Below, one piece after another: positions 1-11,295 of a stretch of DNA of 64,000 bases. Origin of the DNA: Eledone cirrhosa (Eukaryota); contig OZ024760.1 of NCBI GenBank assembly GCA_964016885.1, positions 35,030,001 to 35,094,000 on the forward strand. Reading direction: 5' to 3'. Below the pieces are notes generated by a model. It saw only the letters and a list, made by a program, of their open reading frames with translations, searched no databases and was not told the origin of the DNA. The translations under genes were made by a program, and so were the position numbers. Numbering within the stretch: position 1 is the stretch's first letter; each line of letters begins with the position of its first letter.

Positions 1-1369
1 GACCATCTAAACCAGGCGATTTACCCCTTGTGCAGCCAGTCATTGCCTCCCGTACTTCAGCGGTTGTTATCGACTTTTCGCAACAATCCGCCTCAGTGGC
101 CGAAAGCCGCGGCAGTCCGTCGTCGAGGTAGACACTAAAGTCCATCCCTCGATCCGGCCCGCCACTGCCCCGAACAGTTGAGCGAAGTGTCGCTGAAAAG
201 CTTCACACATTTGCCCGGGATCGAGTAGCATGCGCCCGTCGTGGTCCACCAAAAACCGGATCGTGGCTTTATTGCCACGACGCGCCTCTGCCACTCGGGC
301 CCATTGAACGGATTTCGTCCCCTCGTGTCTGAGAGCACGCACCCTAGCTCTGACAACGCAGCCTTCGTGCTTTGCATTGAAGAATTGGTCAAGGGTCAAT
401 TTCGCCGCAAGTACGTCGGTCGCGATGCCTTTGCTAAGCGCCTCGTCTAATTTTCTAACTAATTCTCCTTCTGCTCTATTTTTCTCTATTGCTAAAGCCT
501 TACTAAACCTAATGGACTCTATTCTAATTGCTCTTTTCAGAGCAAACCACCACTTGTTGTTGACGATGGCCCCCGTCAACTAGTTCGCTAATCCGGTCTC
601 TGTAGGCCTTGCGCGCTGGTAAGGACGCGTTTAGCTTCCAGTAGCCGGGTCCTCGTCTATGAAGCCTATCTAAGTCAAGCACACAGATAACGAATTTGTG
701 GTCCGTGTAGCTGACTATCTTGAATTGTGGACAGCCTATGCTAGACCTATCTATTTCCCTACAAAATACTCTATCTAGATATGATCTGGATGACCCTATG
801 CGATTTGTTCAAGTCCACATTGGTACATTCGGGAAATCCATTCGGTACCTGTCAGACAGTTCAAAACGCCTGAGCAGGTTGGTGAGACTCTTGCACCCTC
901 CTTCCCTATCCACTAATCCCACACAATCCCAGCGTGCATCTAAGATCCCGTTCCAGTCGCCCACTAACACTAAAGAGCGGGACGTTCCAAGAAAGGTCTC
1001 CAGACGCCGGAAGAAATCAGGTCGCCCTGCTCCTGTCGGGGCATAGACGGCCACTAACCTGAAAGCTTGCCCTTCTCCGCTGGTCACGTCCTGCACCACC
1101 AACTTACCTTCTGGGTCCAGGAAGATGGCCCGTATGGCAAGATCCAAACCTCTCCGAAAAAGCACAGCAACTCCTCCCCCGATCCCGGACGGCTGGGAGA
1201 TGCGTACACATCGTAGCCGCCGAAGATCGGTGCGAAGGCCCGTGCTTCGGAGATTCTGGTCTCGCTGATGGCCACTACATCTATGTTTAGTGACCTGAGG
1301 TCGTTGGCCCTGCTTCCATGACGACCCGAAGCCACGCACATTTATGCTGCCTATTCTGAGTGAGGTCAT
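1..1369 (-). pseudogene. T1 ORF2 N-terminal part (APE endonuclease and linker), disrupted
   Basis: ORFs 809-1369 and 67-579 are near-identical to T2 ORF2, with frameshifts and stops. Confidence 0.85.
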
Positions 1370-1403
1370 GTTGAAAAGGAATGGAAAAGATGGGAAAGAC
1401 CAC

Positions 1404-3361
1404 TTACCTTACTTCTCGTAGGGGAAGGACGGTTTTTCCATCCTTTTCACTGCTTGTGGCCTCCTCAGGAAGGATGTCCTTATAAATCCTCCTGGAGAGT
1501 GCTTGTCGGAAGTCTCCGATGTCTTTGGGGAATTTTTGTTTTAGTGTCATGTACGTTTTCTGTGTGATGCGAGTGATTTGTATGTGTGGAGGTGGTGTGA
1601 ATTTTTGGGTTGTTGTGTAGTCTTTTCTGTGATGCTGGTGTTGTGTTGGATGTAGTGTAATAATTGCTTGTTGTTCAAATTTAATGCTGTGTAGTGTGTA
1701 TCGTTTTGGTTGTTTTGTTTTGTTTGCGTTTGTTGTGGGTTTGTTTGTTTCGCATTTTGGTGACTTTTGTGGTGTAGGTGATGGTGGTGTTGGGGTTAAT
1801 GATGGTGATGGTGTTGGTGTTTGGGTTGATGGGGTTGGTGATGCTGGTGTGGATGGTGGCATATCTGTCCTAACATTTTTGTTTGTTAATTTATTTGTTT
1901 CCCTCTGTATTTTGTTTTTGGAGGGGGAAGGAAGAGAATTTTTTCTTTTTTTGGTTTCTTTTTTTTTTTCCTGATACCGTTTCCCACTCCTCGTCGTCAC
2001 AATCTGTCTCCAGTTGTGATAGGCCGGGGAGTGGAAAATCCTCCACAGGCGTTAGTTTTCGTTGTGGCGTGGTGGATGGTGTAGGTGCTGGTGCTAGTTC
2101 TGAAGCGTTGGGTGGTGGTGGTGTTGGTTTTGCTGGTGGTGGTGGTGTTGGTTTTGCTACTGTTGCTGGGGTTGTTGCTGTTATAGTTGCTTCTGTTGTT
2201 GCTGCTACAGTTGTTGCTGCCATCTCTGCTACTGGTGGTGTTGATGGTTGTGTCACTGGGGTGGGTAGGAGAGGTGGCCTCAACCTTTTAGCCTGAGGGC
2301 AGAAAGCCCTTAGGTGGGTTCCTTCACCACAAACGACACACCTAGGCCTTCTGCCCTCGACAATTACGGTGAGGTGGCTGCCGTCAGTGAGGTCTATTAC
2401 CTCTGGGATCTCCTCAATGCTTTTTTGCTCCATCCCAGATCCAGACCAGTTCTCCTGTTTTTCTTTTGCTATTGCTATTATCTTTATGTTGGCTTCGATG
2501 CCGGCGAGGACGGCCGCTATTAGCCAGGGAATTTCGATGGCCGGTGGAACGTGGGTCACCCTGATATTTACGAGTCTCTGGCCACAATAGCTTGGGACGA
2601 GTGTGAAGTCGTCACTTCTTAATGGGGCCATGGAGTGTTCTCTAGCCTCCTCTGGTGTTTCAAAGAACACGTCCACGGTTCCATACTTCTGCCCACGTCT
2701 GATGTGGGTTTTTCTTGCCCACACATGTCCCAAAGCTTTTTGGATTTGGGACTCGGATGCCCGTTCCACTCGGCGCGATTTTACATTTATTGTTCGATAC
2801 GACACGGTGCATAGGCGCCGATGCTCCATTTTATTAGGTGGGGGGTGAGGCTGACCCTGTACCCATCTTTCTTTACCATTTGTTTGGCATTTTCTAAATC
2901 CTCCTGAGTTACCGTAAATGCTTCGAACTGTTTTGCTACTCTGGCAAAACTCAGGGTGGTTTTTTTAATGTCATTGTTGTTGTTGTTGCTATCGTTATTT
3001 TTGTTATTATTAATTTTAGTTTCAGTTGTGGTGGTGGTGACGTCAGTGAAAGTCGGTTTGGGAGAGTCCATTTTGGTTGAAAATATTTCGACATCACGAG
3101 TTGATTTATTTTTTCCTTTTTTTTCTATGTCGCGGTGGTGGTGGGGGTGGTGGTTGTCGCGGTGGTGGTGGCGGCTTTAACACCTGCAGTCATTGGTAAT
3201 GGCGGGAAATGAATGTCTGCCTGAGACAAATTTAAAATATTGCTAGTGCTTAAATTGTTTGTGTTGGAAGACGTATAATCATTTACAATGGTGGTGTCGG
3301 TGTGAGGTGTTAATTTGTGAGGAAGGCTTTCAGCTGCTTGGTGCAGTGGTGAATTAGCCAT
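1404..3361 (-). pseudogene. T1 ORF1 (gag-like, zinc knuckle), frameshifted
   Basis: ORF pieces 3125-3361, 2787-3071, 1891-2829 and 1404-2000; the last three are colinear with T2 ORF1. Confidence 0.75.
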
Positions 3362-3717
3362 TTTTTTTTCAAAGAAATTTTTTGATAATCATAAAAGTTT
3401 AAATTTTGGGCACAAGGCCCCAATCTTTTTGGGTGTCCTTTTCGGAAAACAATGTATGTGCGCTTATATATAGTTAACAATAAAATTTTTCCATAAATGG
3501 CAATTTTTAACAAACGGAAATAACAAACCTTTGCGGAGCTCACGATGATACGATTTACTACGTAGGTCGCCAATAATAATAATAATAATAATAATAATAT
3601 AGACATAGAATATTCGAAAATATTCTGTATGTTTATAATAAACATTTTGAAGACCTAATCGCTATAGAATAGAATACGTCACGTATTACAATTAGATTCT
3701 CGATAAAAGCAAGGGAA

Positions 3718-3760
3718 GTAATCTACGCGTTTCATTCTTGTTAGAAATCATCAGGACTAC
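3718..3760 (-). ncRNA. Minimal type I hammerhead ribozyme motif (H1 copy 1)
   Basis: Reverse complement reads GTAGTC-CTGATGA-T-TTCT-AACA-AGAA-T-GAAAC-GC-GTA-GATTAC. Confidence 0.8.
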
Positions 3761-4027
3761 ATATCCAGTGCTTTTATCGAGAATGACACAGCTAGAGACT
3801 TATAGAATACTTAGCTGTGTACAGGAACTGGTTTGAAAGAGCGGTTGCCGGTCCGGCAGAAATTAGAAATTGGAATAAATGCTCTGAAATAGCGATATAT
3901 ATGTGAATATAGACATAGAATATTCGAAAATATTCTGTATGTTTATAATAAACATTTTGAAGACCTAATCGCTATAGAATAGAATACGTCACGTATTACA
4001 ATTAGATTCTCGATAAAAGCAAGGGAA

Positions 4028-4070
4028 GTAATCTACGCGTTTCATTCTTGTTAGAAATCATCAGGACTAC
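4028..4070 (-). ncRNA. Minimal type I hammerhead ribozyme motif (H1 copy 2)
   Basis: Identical to copy 1, 310 bp along. Confidence 0.8.
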
Positions 4071-4337
4071 ATATCCAGTGCTTTTATCGAGAATGACACA
4101 GCTAGAGACTTATAGAATACTTAGCTGTGTACAGGAACTGGTTTGAAAGAGCGGTTGCCGGTCCGGCAGAAATTAGAAATTGGAATAAATGCTCTGAAAT
4201 AGCGATATATATGTGAATATAGACATAGAATATTCGAAAATATTCTGTATGTTTATAATAAACATTTTGAAGACCTAATCGCTATAGAATAGAATACGTC
4301 ACGTATTACAATTAGATTCTCGATAAAAGCAAGGGAA

Positions 4338-4380
4338 GTAATCTACGCGTTTCATTCTTGTTAGAAATCATCAGGACTAC
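4338..4380 (-). ncRNA. Minimal type I hammerhead ribozyme motif (H1 copy 3)
   Basis: Identical to copy 1, 620 bp along. Confidence 0.8.
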
Positions 4381-4688
4381 ATATCCAGTGCTTTTATCGA
4401 GAATGACACAGCTAGAGACTTATAGAATGCTTTTATCGAGAATCTAATTGTAATACGTGACGTATTCTATTCTATAGCGATTAGGTCTTCAAAATGTTTA
4501 TTATAAACATACAGAATATTTTCGAATATTCTATGTCTATATTCACATATATATCGCTATTTCAGAGCATTTATTCCAATTTCTAATTTCTGCCGGACCG
4601 GCAACCGCTCTTTCAAACCAGTTCCTGTACACAGCTAAGTATTCTATAAGTCTCTAGCTGTGTCATTCTCGATAAAAGCACTGGATAT

Positions 4689-4731
4689 GTAGTCCTGATG
4701 ATTTCTAACAAGAATGAAACGCGTAGATTAC
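4689..4731 (+). ncRNA. Minimal type I hammerhead ribozyme motif (H1 copy 4)
   Basis: CTGATGA at 4695-4701, GAAAC at 4716-4720, predicted GUA cleavage after 4725; outer 16-bp stem ATTCTCGATAAAAGCA/TGCTTTTATCGAGAAT. Confidence 0.8.
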
Positions 4732-4998
4732 TTCCCTTGCTTTTATCGAGAATCTAATTGTAATACGTGACGTATTCTATTCTATAGCGATTAGGTCTTC
4801 AAAATGTTTATTATAAACATACAGAATATTTTCGAATATTCTATGTCTATATTCACATATATATCGCTATTTCAGAGCATTTATTCCAATTTCTAATTTC
4901 TGCCGGACCGGCAACCGCTCTTTCAAACCAGTTCCTGTACACAGCTAAGTATTCTATAAGTCTCTAGCTGTGTCATTCTCGATAAAAGCACTGGATAT

Positions 4999-5041
4999 GT
5001 AGTCCTGATGATTTCTAACAAGAATGAAACGCGTAGATTAC
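4999..5041 (+). ncRNA. Minimal type I hammerhead ribozyme motif (H1 copy 5)
   Basis: Identical to copy 4, 310 bp along. Confidence 0.8.
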
Positions 5042-5467
5042 TTCCCTTGCTTTTATCGAGAATCTAATTGTAATACGTGACGTATTCTATTCTATAGCGA
5101 TTAGGTCTTCAAAATGTTTATTATAAACATACAGAATATTTTCGAATATTCTATGTCTATATTCACATATATATCGCTATTTCAGAGCATTTATTCCAAT
5201 TTCTAATAATAATAATGATTTCTTTATTAACCACAAGGGTTTACATAAAGTAGACATTAAGGACAGTGCAGGACAATACAGTACGGTACAAATGGGCATT
5301 TCTGCGTGTAAAAAACAAAAACAGAGGATGTAACAAAAAAATAACAATGAAAAATTCCCCAATAGGGGGGAGACTTCGGAGGGACATATGTGGAGAAAGC
5401 CCAGTAAAAGGCCACAGTGACCCTGACTACCAAGGCAAGTGCCCTCTCCCAGTTTTCCACTTTTAAT

Positions 5468-8400
5468 TTACAGATATATACTCAGAGTAGGCCCATTCAC
5501 TCGGGCCATTCTTGCTTCTCTCACCCATCTTTCAACAAAATGTTGGGAAGAGAGCACTTCCCTCTCTACTCTGATTTTCCTTTTCAAATGAAATTTGAAA
5601 AAGTCAATCAGGGCATCACCGAAGAGGTAAGTGCTCGTCTTCAGCCCTTTCAAACGTGTCCACCATACTATCTCTTTCGCCATGGCCACCAGACAGATAA
5701 AAACTGCCTGCCCTTCCCGGCTAAAGGAGGAGGGCGGGGAAATCCTCACGATGGACTCAGATGATAGCCGAATCCGTCCTACACGCGACAGCAGGTGTTC
5801 GACATAAACCCACAAGTCAGCAATTTTCGGACACTGAACGAGTGCGTGCAGGACGGTTTCGTCGCCCTTCGCGCATCTCGGACATGCCCGGCTGACGGCA
5901 CCTCCATGCCTGTAGAGTTTATCCCGAACTGGCAAGGCTCCTCGGTAGCACTGCCAGGCCAGAGATTTCTGGAAGTTGTCCATAGGCCCTGGCCCGAAAG
6001 TTCTTCCGAAGAGATTGGCTAGTTGATTTTCGTCGACGCCTAGAGTTTCCCCAAGTACGTCGTCGCTCTTCCCCTCCACTAATACTCTATAGAACGCCGA
6101 GGTGGAGTTTCCACCGATCACATTGCCCGATTGGTCGAGGGCTGTGAGCGCCTGAAGAAATTCCAGTCTCCAGGCGCTCCCTCTCGGTCTTCGCTTGACC
6201 CAGGACTGCAGCTCCGTCAAGGAAACGAACTGGGGAAATACGTGTCTAGCAAACGGCGACCACACCTGATCACCGTCGAGGAAGAGGTGGAGATGTCGTA
6301 GCCTGAGCGCGTGCCTGCGCATCATCAGCCACGGCATGCCCAGCCCTCCACGTAGCGGGTGTTGACAACAGATGGACCGCCTGACCATCGGAGCGCGTCC
6401 CTTCCACAAGAAGCGAAAGAGCAAACGCTCCAGCGCAGTCAGGCGAGGCTTAGGACAAGGTACGACGGTCAGGCGGTAGCAGATGACAGACGCGATGTAC
6501 GCGTTAGCCACCTCCGCTCGACCTTTCAGGGATAGCTTCCTCTCCACCCATTTCTGGGTGAGAGAAGCCACCCTGCTCGTCACCTCGTCCCAGTTTTTGT
6601 CCGTCTGGAGGTCTGGACCGAACCAGACCCCTAGCAATTTAACCGGTCCGTCTGTCCAGCGTCCGACGACGCTGTTAGACGGCATGGACCTGCCTCTCCA
6701 GGTGCCGAGCTGCAGGCCCACTGACTTTTCCTGGTTGATCATTGCTCCTGTCACCGCTTCGTATTCTCTTAGTGTAGTGCCGATCGCCTAGATGTGTTTG
6801 GCGTTCACACCACTACGGTGACATCGTCCGCATATGCTGACACGGATCTTCCGCATCCTAGTTCGCGCGGGACGCCCCTCAACGTCTCCAGTTTGTGCAG
6901 TAATGGCTCGAGAGTCAATACGTACAAGAGGGACGAGAGGGGACATCCTTGGCGGACCGAGCGCATGATGTTGAACGGTTCCGAAAGGTGACCGTTCACT
7001 CTCACCACAGAGCAGATGTCGCTGTGCATGGCAGCGATCCAGCCTCTGAAGACGGGCCCAAAGCCAGCCACCCTTAGGACTGCCGCTAGGTAACGATGGT
7101 CGACCCTATCGAAAGCTTTCTACTGATCTAAATTGATCAAGGACCCACCCGTGCCAGGTTCCCTAGCTACCCTCTCTACGATGTATCGCATGAGGTGGAG
7201 GTTGTTGTGGATGAATCTGTCGGGAATGGCGCATGTCTGCGCCTCTCCCACCAGACCACCAACGACAAGCGCCAACCTCTTTGCTAGCACCTTGGCCAAA
7301 ATCTTGAACTCTGTGTTTAGCAGAGTTATGGGCCTGAAATTATCTATGTTATCCCCCTTGTTCGGATCCTTTCTCAGCAGTGCCACCGCTCCTCGGCTCA
7401 CAGAACTGGGAATTCTCCCGTTCTGTTGCCAGTTGCAGTAGACGTCCGCCAAGAGGCCTCCGAACAAGTCTGGCATCTGTACGTAAAGTTCATAGGGCAG
7501 ACCATCCAAACCAGGCGATTTACCCCTTGTGCAGCCAGTCATTGCCTCCCTTACTTCAGCGGCTGTTTTCGGCTTTTCGCAACACTCCGCCTCAGTGGCC
7601 GAGAGCCGCGGCAGTCCGTCGAGGTAGACACTAAAGTCCATCCCTCGACCCAGCCCACCGCTGCCTCCGAACAGCTGAGCCAAGTGTCGCTGAAAAGCTT
7701 CACACATTTGCCCGGGATCGAGTAGCATGCGCCCGTCGTGGTCCACCAAAGACCGGATCGTGGCTTTGTTGCCACGACGCGCCTCCGCCACTCGGGCCCA
7801 TTGAACGGCTTTCGTCCCCTCGTGTCTGAGAGCACGCACCCTAGCTCTGACAACGCAGCCTTCGTGCTTTGCATTGAAGAATTGGTCAAGGGCCAATTTC
7901 GCCGCAAGCACGTCGGTCGCAATGCCTTTGTTAAGCGCCTCGTCTAATTTTCTAACTAGTTCTCCCGCTGCTCTATTTTTCTCTATTGCTAAAGCCTTAC
8001 TATTCTAATCGCTCTTTTCAGAGCAAACCACCACTTGTTGTTGACGATGGCCCCCGCCAACGCCCGCTTAACTAGTTCGCTAATCCGGTCTCTGTAGGCC
8101 TTGCGCGCTGGTAAGGACGCGTTTAGCTTCCAGTAGCCGGGTCCTCGTCTATGAAGCCTATCTAATTCAAGCACACAGATCACAAATTTGTGGTCCGTGT
8201 AGCTGACTATCTTGAATTGTGGACAGCCTATGCTAGACCTATCTATTTCCCTACAAAATACTCTATCTAGATATGATCTGGATGACCATATGCGATTTGT
8301 CCAAGTCCACATTGGCACATTCGGGAAATCCAATCGGTACCTGTCAGACAGTTCAAAACGCCTGAGCAGGTTGGTGAGACTCTTGCACCCTCCTTCCCTA

Positions 8401-8870
8401 TCCGCTAATCCCACACAGTCCCAGCGTGCATCTAAGATCCCGTTCCAGTCGCCCACTAACACTAAAGAGCGGGACGTTCCAAGAAAGGTCTCCAGACGCC
8501 GGAAGAAATCAGGCCGCCCTGCTCCTGTCGGGGCATAGACGGCCACTAGCCTGAAAGCTTGCCCGTCTCCGCTGCTCACGTCAAGCACCACCAACTTCCC
8601 CTCTGGGTCCAGGAAGATGGCCCGTATGGCGAGATCCAAACGTCTCCGAAAAAGCACAGCAACTCCTCCCCCCGATCCAGGACGGCTGGGAGATGCGTAC
8701 ACATCGTAGCCGCCGAAGATCGGTGCGAAGGCCCGTGCTTCGGAGATTCTGGTCTCGCTGATGGCCACTACATCTATGTTTAGTGACCTGAGGTCGTTGA
8801 GCAGGTGACCCTGCTTCCATGACGACCCCAAGCCACGCGCATTTATGCTGCCTATTTTGAGTTAGGTCAT
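5468..8870 (-). pseudogene. T2 ORF2 (APE endonuclease + reverse transcriptase + CCHC), disrupted
   Basis: KSPGLDG, FRPITLLN, RQGCPLS, AYADD, CPRCAKGDETVLHALVQC; split by stops and a frameshift. Confidence 0.9.
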
Positions 8871-8905
8871 GTTTAAAAGAGAGTGGAAAAGATGGGAAAG
8901 ACCAC

Positions 8906-10536
8906 TTACCGTACTTTTCGTAGAGGAGGGATGGTTTTTCCATCCCTTTTCATTTGATCGTCTGGTGAAGGGACCGTTGAATCGTCCCTTCGGCTGGTCG
9001 TCGGCTCTTCTATGAGTATGTCCGAATATACTCTTCGGTTGAGTGTCCCTCCTAGGTCTCTGAAATCACCAACTGCGTTGGGGAATTTCGTTTTAATATT
9101 TGTGTATTGTTTCTGTGCTATTTTTAGCAGTCTTATGTTAGTTGGCGTTTTGATTGGTGCTGGTATTATGTAGTCGTGTTGTGAAATGTCAGTGTGTTCA
9201 ATTATGTAAGTCATTAGTTTCTTGTTGTGTGTATTTATTGCCGTGCATTTGTTTTTCTGGGGGTGGGGTGTGGTTCTGCTATTTTCTTGTCGTTGTTGCT
9301 GGGTGTGTGTGTTTTGTTGTTGTGTTTGCGTGGTTGGTGCTTGTGGTGGTGGTGTTGAAGGTGTTGTTGGCGGTGGGGTTGTCGCCGGCGGTGATGGTGG
9401 TGCTAGTGTGGGTGGTGATGGTGTTGGTGGTGTTGCTGCTGTGAGTCTCTTTGCAGTAGCCTTTACCCTTTTTGCATTTCTTTCCTCCCTTTTCAAAGGC
9501 GACGATGCGCTGCTTCTGCGTTTGTGCCTGCTTACGACCTTTTGCCATCCCTCTCCCACCTCACACTCCATGTCTGATTCTGTGAGGTCGGGGAGGGGTA
9601 CCAGCTCCACTCTTTCACTTGTTGTTGTTGGTGATGTTTGCACTGGAGTCTCTGTTGCAGCTGCATTTGGTATTGCTGTTGTTGTTGTTAATACTTCCAC
9701 TGCTGCTGCTGTTTTTGATTTCCGTGGCGTGGGTATGGGTGCCACGGACCTATCGTTCCTGGTTGCCGCTTGTCCTGTTGCTGGTAGCCGTGGAGCCGGT
9801 TTCGGAAGGAGGGGGCTTTTCTCCTTTCTCAGGGTCTTCTCGTTGCAGAAGGCCCTGAGGTGAGTCTTCGATCCACAGCGAAAGCATTTCGGGCGTTTGC
9901 CCTCAACACTTATGGGCAGTTGAGTGCCGTTATCGAAGTCTATCACATCCCGGATAGCTTCGATGCAGTCCTGGTTGCTTTGGATTAACATCTCAATGGA
10001 GGTGCCGACCCAATCTTCTCTTACTTTTTTCTGTAATTGCAGTACAGTTGTTTTGTCCTCGATTCCGACGAGGACAGACGCGGCCAGCCAAGAAGGGGCC
10101 ATCCCGGGGGGGACGTGGGTCAGTTTGACCCTCACAATTTTTTGCCCGCAGTAGGAGGGCACCAACACCATTTCCTCGCTCCTTGGGGTCACTAAGGATT
10201 GAGCCTTTGCCTCCTGGGGTGTGACAAAAAGTACGTCTACGGTGGCATATTTCTTGCCTCGGGTGATGTGCGTTTTCCGCTGCCACACAGACCCCAAGGC
10301 TTTTTGTATTTGAGCCTCTGTGGCTCTTTCAACCCTACGGGATTTTGTACTTACTGTACGGTACGTGACCGTACAGTGCTGTTGGGTTTCGAAAAATGTT
10401 TCTGCTGCCTTGCAGATTGCTCGGTGTCCAGTTTTTGTCACCATCTTCTTCGCTTCCTCTAATTCCTCATTTGTTATGAGGATGGTTTCCAGGTTCTTTG
10501 CGATACCTGCAAACGAGATTGGTTTTTCTTTGCTGC

Positions 10537-10578
<42 letters not shown>

Positions 10579-11089
10579 CGTCAGAGCTGCTGTTACTTTT
10601 GTTGTTGTTGCAGGTACTACGACTACTGCCGCCGCCGCTGTTACTGTGGTTGTTGTTGTTGTTGCTGCTGCTAATGCTGTTGTTGTTTATGCTGCTGCTG
10701 ATGCTATTGCGGCTGCTACTGTTGTTTTCATTGTCACTGTTGCTGTTGTTATTACGGCTGCTACTGCTATTATTCCTGACGTCAGACGAATGAAATGGGT
10801 TTTCGTACTTCCCGCACACCTGTTTCGTCGTTGTCGTCGTGGAGAAATCTTGCACGCTTTGCACGAGACTTTTCTTTTCTGTCGTCGCTTGCGAAAGAGA
10901 AGGGAGGGAGAGAGACACATTTAAAGAAGGGAGGGAGAGAGACACATTTAAAGAAGGGAGGGAGGGAGACAATCTTCTCTCTGCTGTAGTGACGATTGAG
11001 GAAGAAGAAGACGGAATGAGTGGGAGTGACCTATGAAAATTCTTTTTCGTAGCCATGTTGTTTTTTTGTTTAAAATAAATATTGGGCAC
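8906..11089 (-). CDS. T2 ORF1, gag-like nucleic-acid-binding protein (open; ATG probably at 11056)
   Basis: 727-aa ORF with CCHC knuckle CFRCGSKTHLRAFC, poly-N/S and Pro/Thr-rich tracts. Confidence 0.8.
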
Positions 11090-11295
11090 AAAACCCCAAT
11101 AAGCAGTTATTTAACCCCGAAGGGCCAAATAACGGGCAGAAAGACCCCTCTCACGAGGAGGAGGGTGTTTTTGTCTACAAGTAGGTTAAAGTTTGAAACA
11201 ATTTACAATTGTTATAGCGGTCAAAATTTACAATACCTTACAGAGCCGAGCCTCCGTCAACCATAGCATTCAATAATAATAATAATAATAATAAT

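Larger units (their letters stand above)
1..3571 (-). mobile_element. Tx1/L1-clade non-LTR retrotransposon copy T1 (runs off the left edge of the window)
   Basis: ORF1 remnants with a CCHC knuckle (CVVCGEGTHLRAFC), then ORF2 with APE motifs (SINVRG, ISETR, AVYAP, VGDWN, YLDRV, TDHK); the 5' end abuts (AAT)n at 3572-3598. Confidence 0.9.
3596..5207. mobile_element. Hammerhead-containing 310-bp tandem repeat element (retrozyme/Penelope-like), family H1; about 2.7 units in - sense followed by about 2.5 units in + sense
   Basis: Units start at 3601, 3911 and 4221; inversion junction at 4428/4429; flanked by (AAT)n on both sides. Confidence 0.85.
5217..11271 (-). mobile_element. Full-length (~6.05 kb) Tx1/L1-clade element T2
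   Basis: ORF1 + ORF2 (APE, RT, C-terminal CCHC); 3' end AATAAAGAAATC runs into (ATT)n; both ends flanked by (AAT)n. Confidence 0.92.

Noticed and set aside
3596-5207. Fold-back read artefact as the explanation for H1
   Set aside because: The junction is asymmetric, the outer flanks are unrelated, and the same architecture recurs in H2-H4 with diverged arms; read support is still needed
10897-10970. 30-bp tandem repeat in T2 ORF1
   Set aside because: Ordinary in-frame slippage duplication (LSLPSLNVS)
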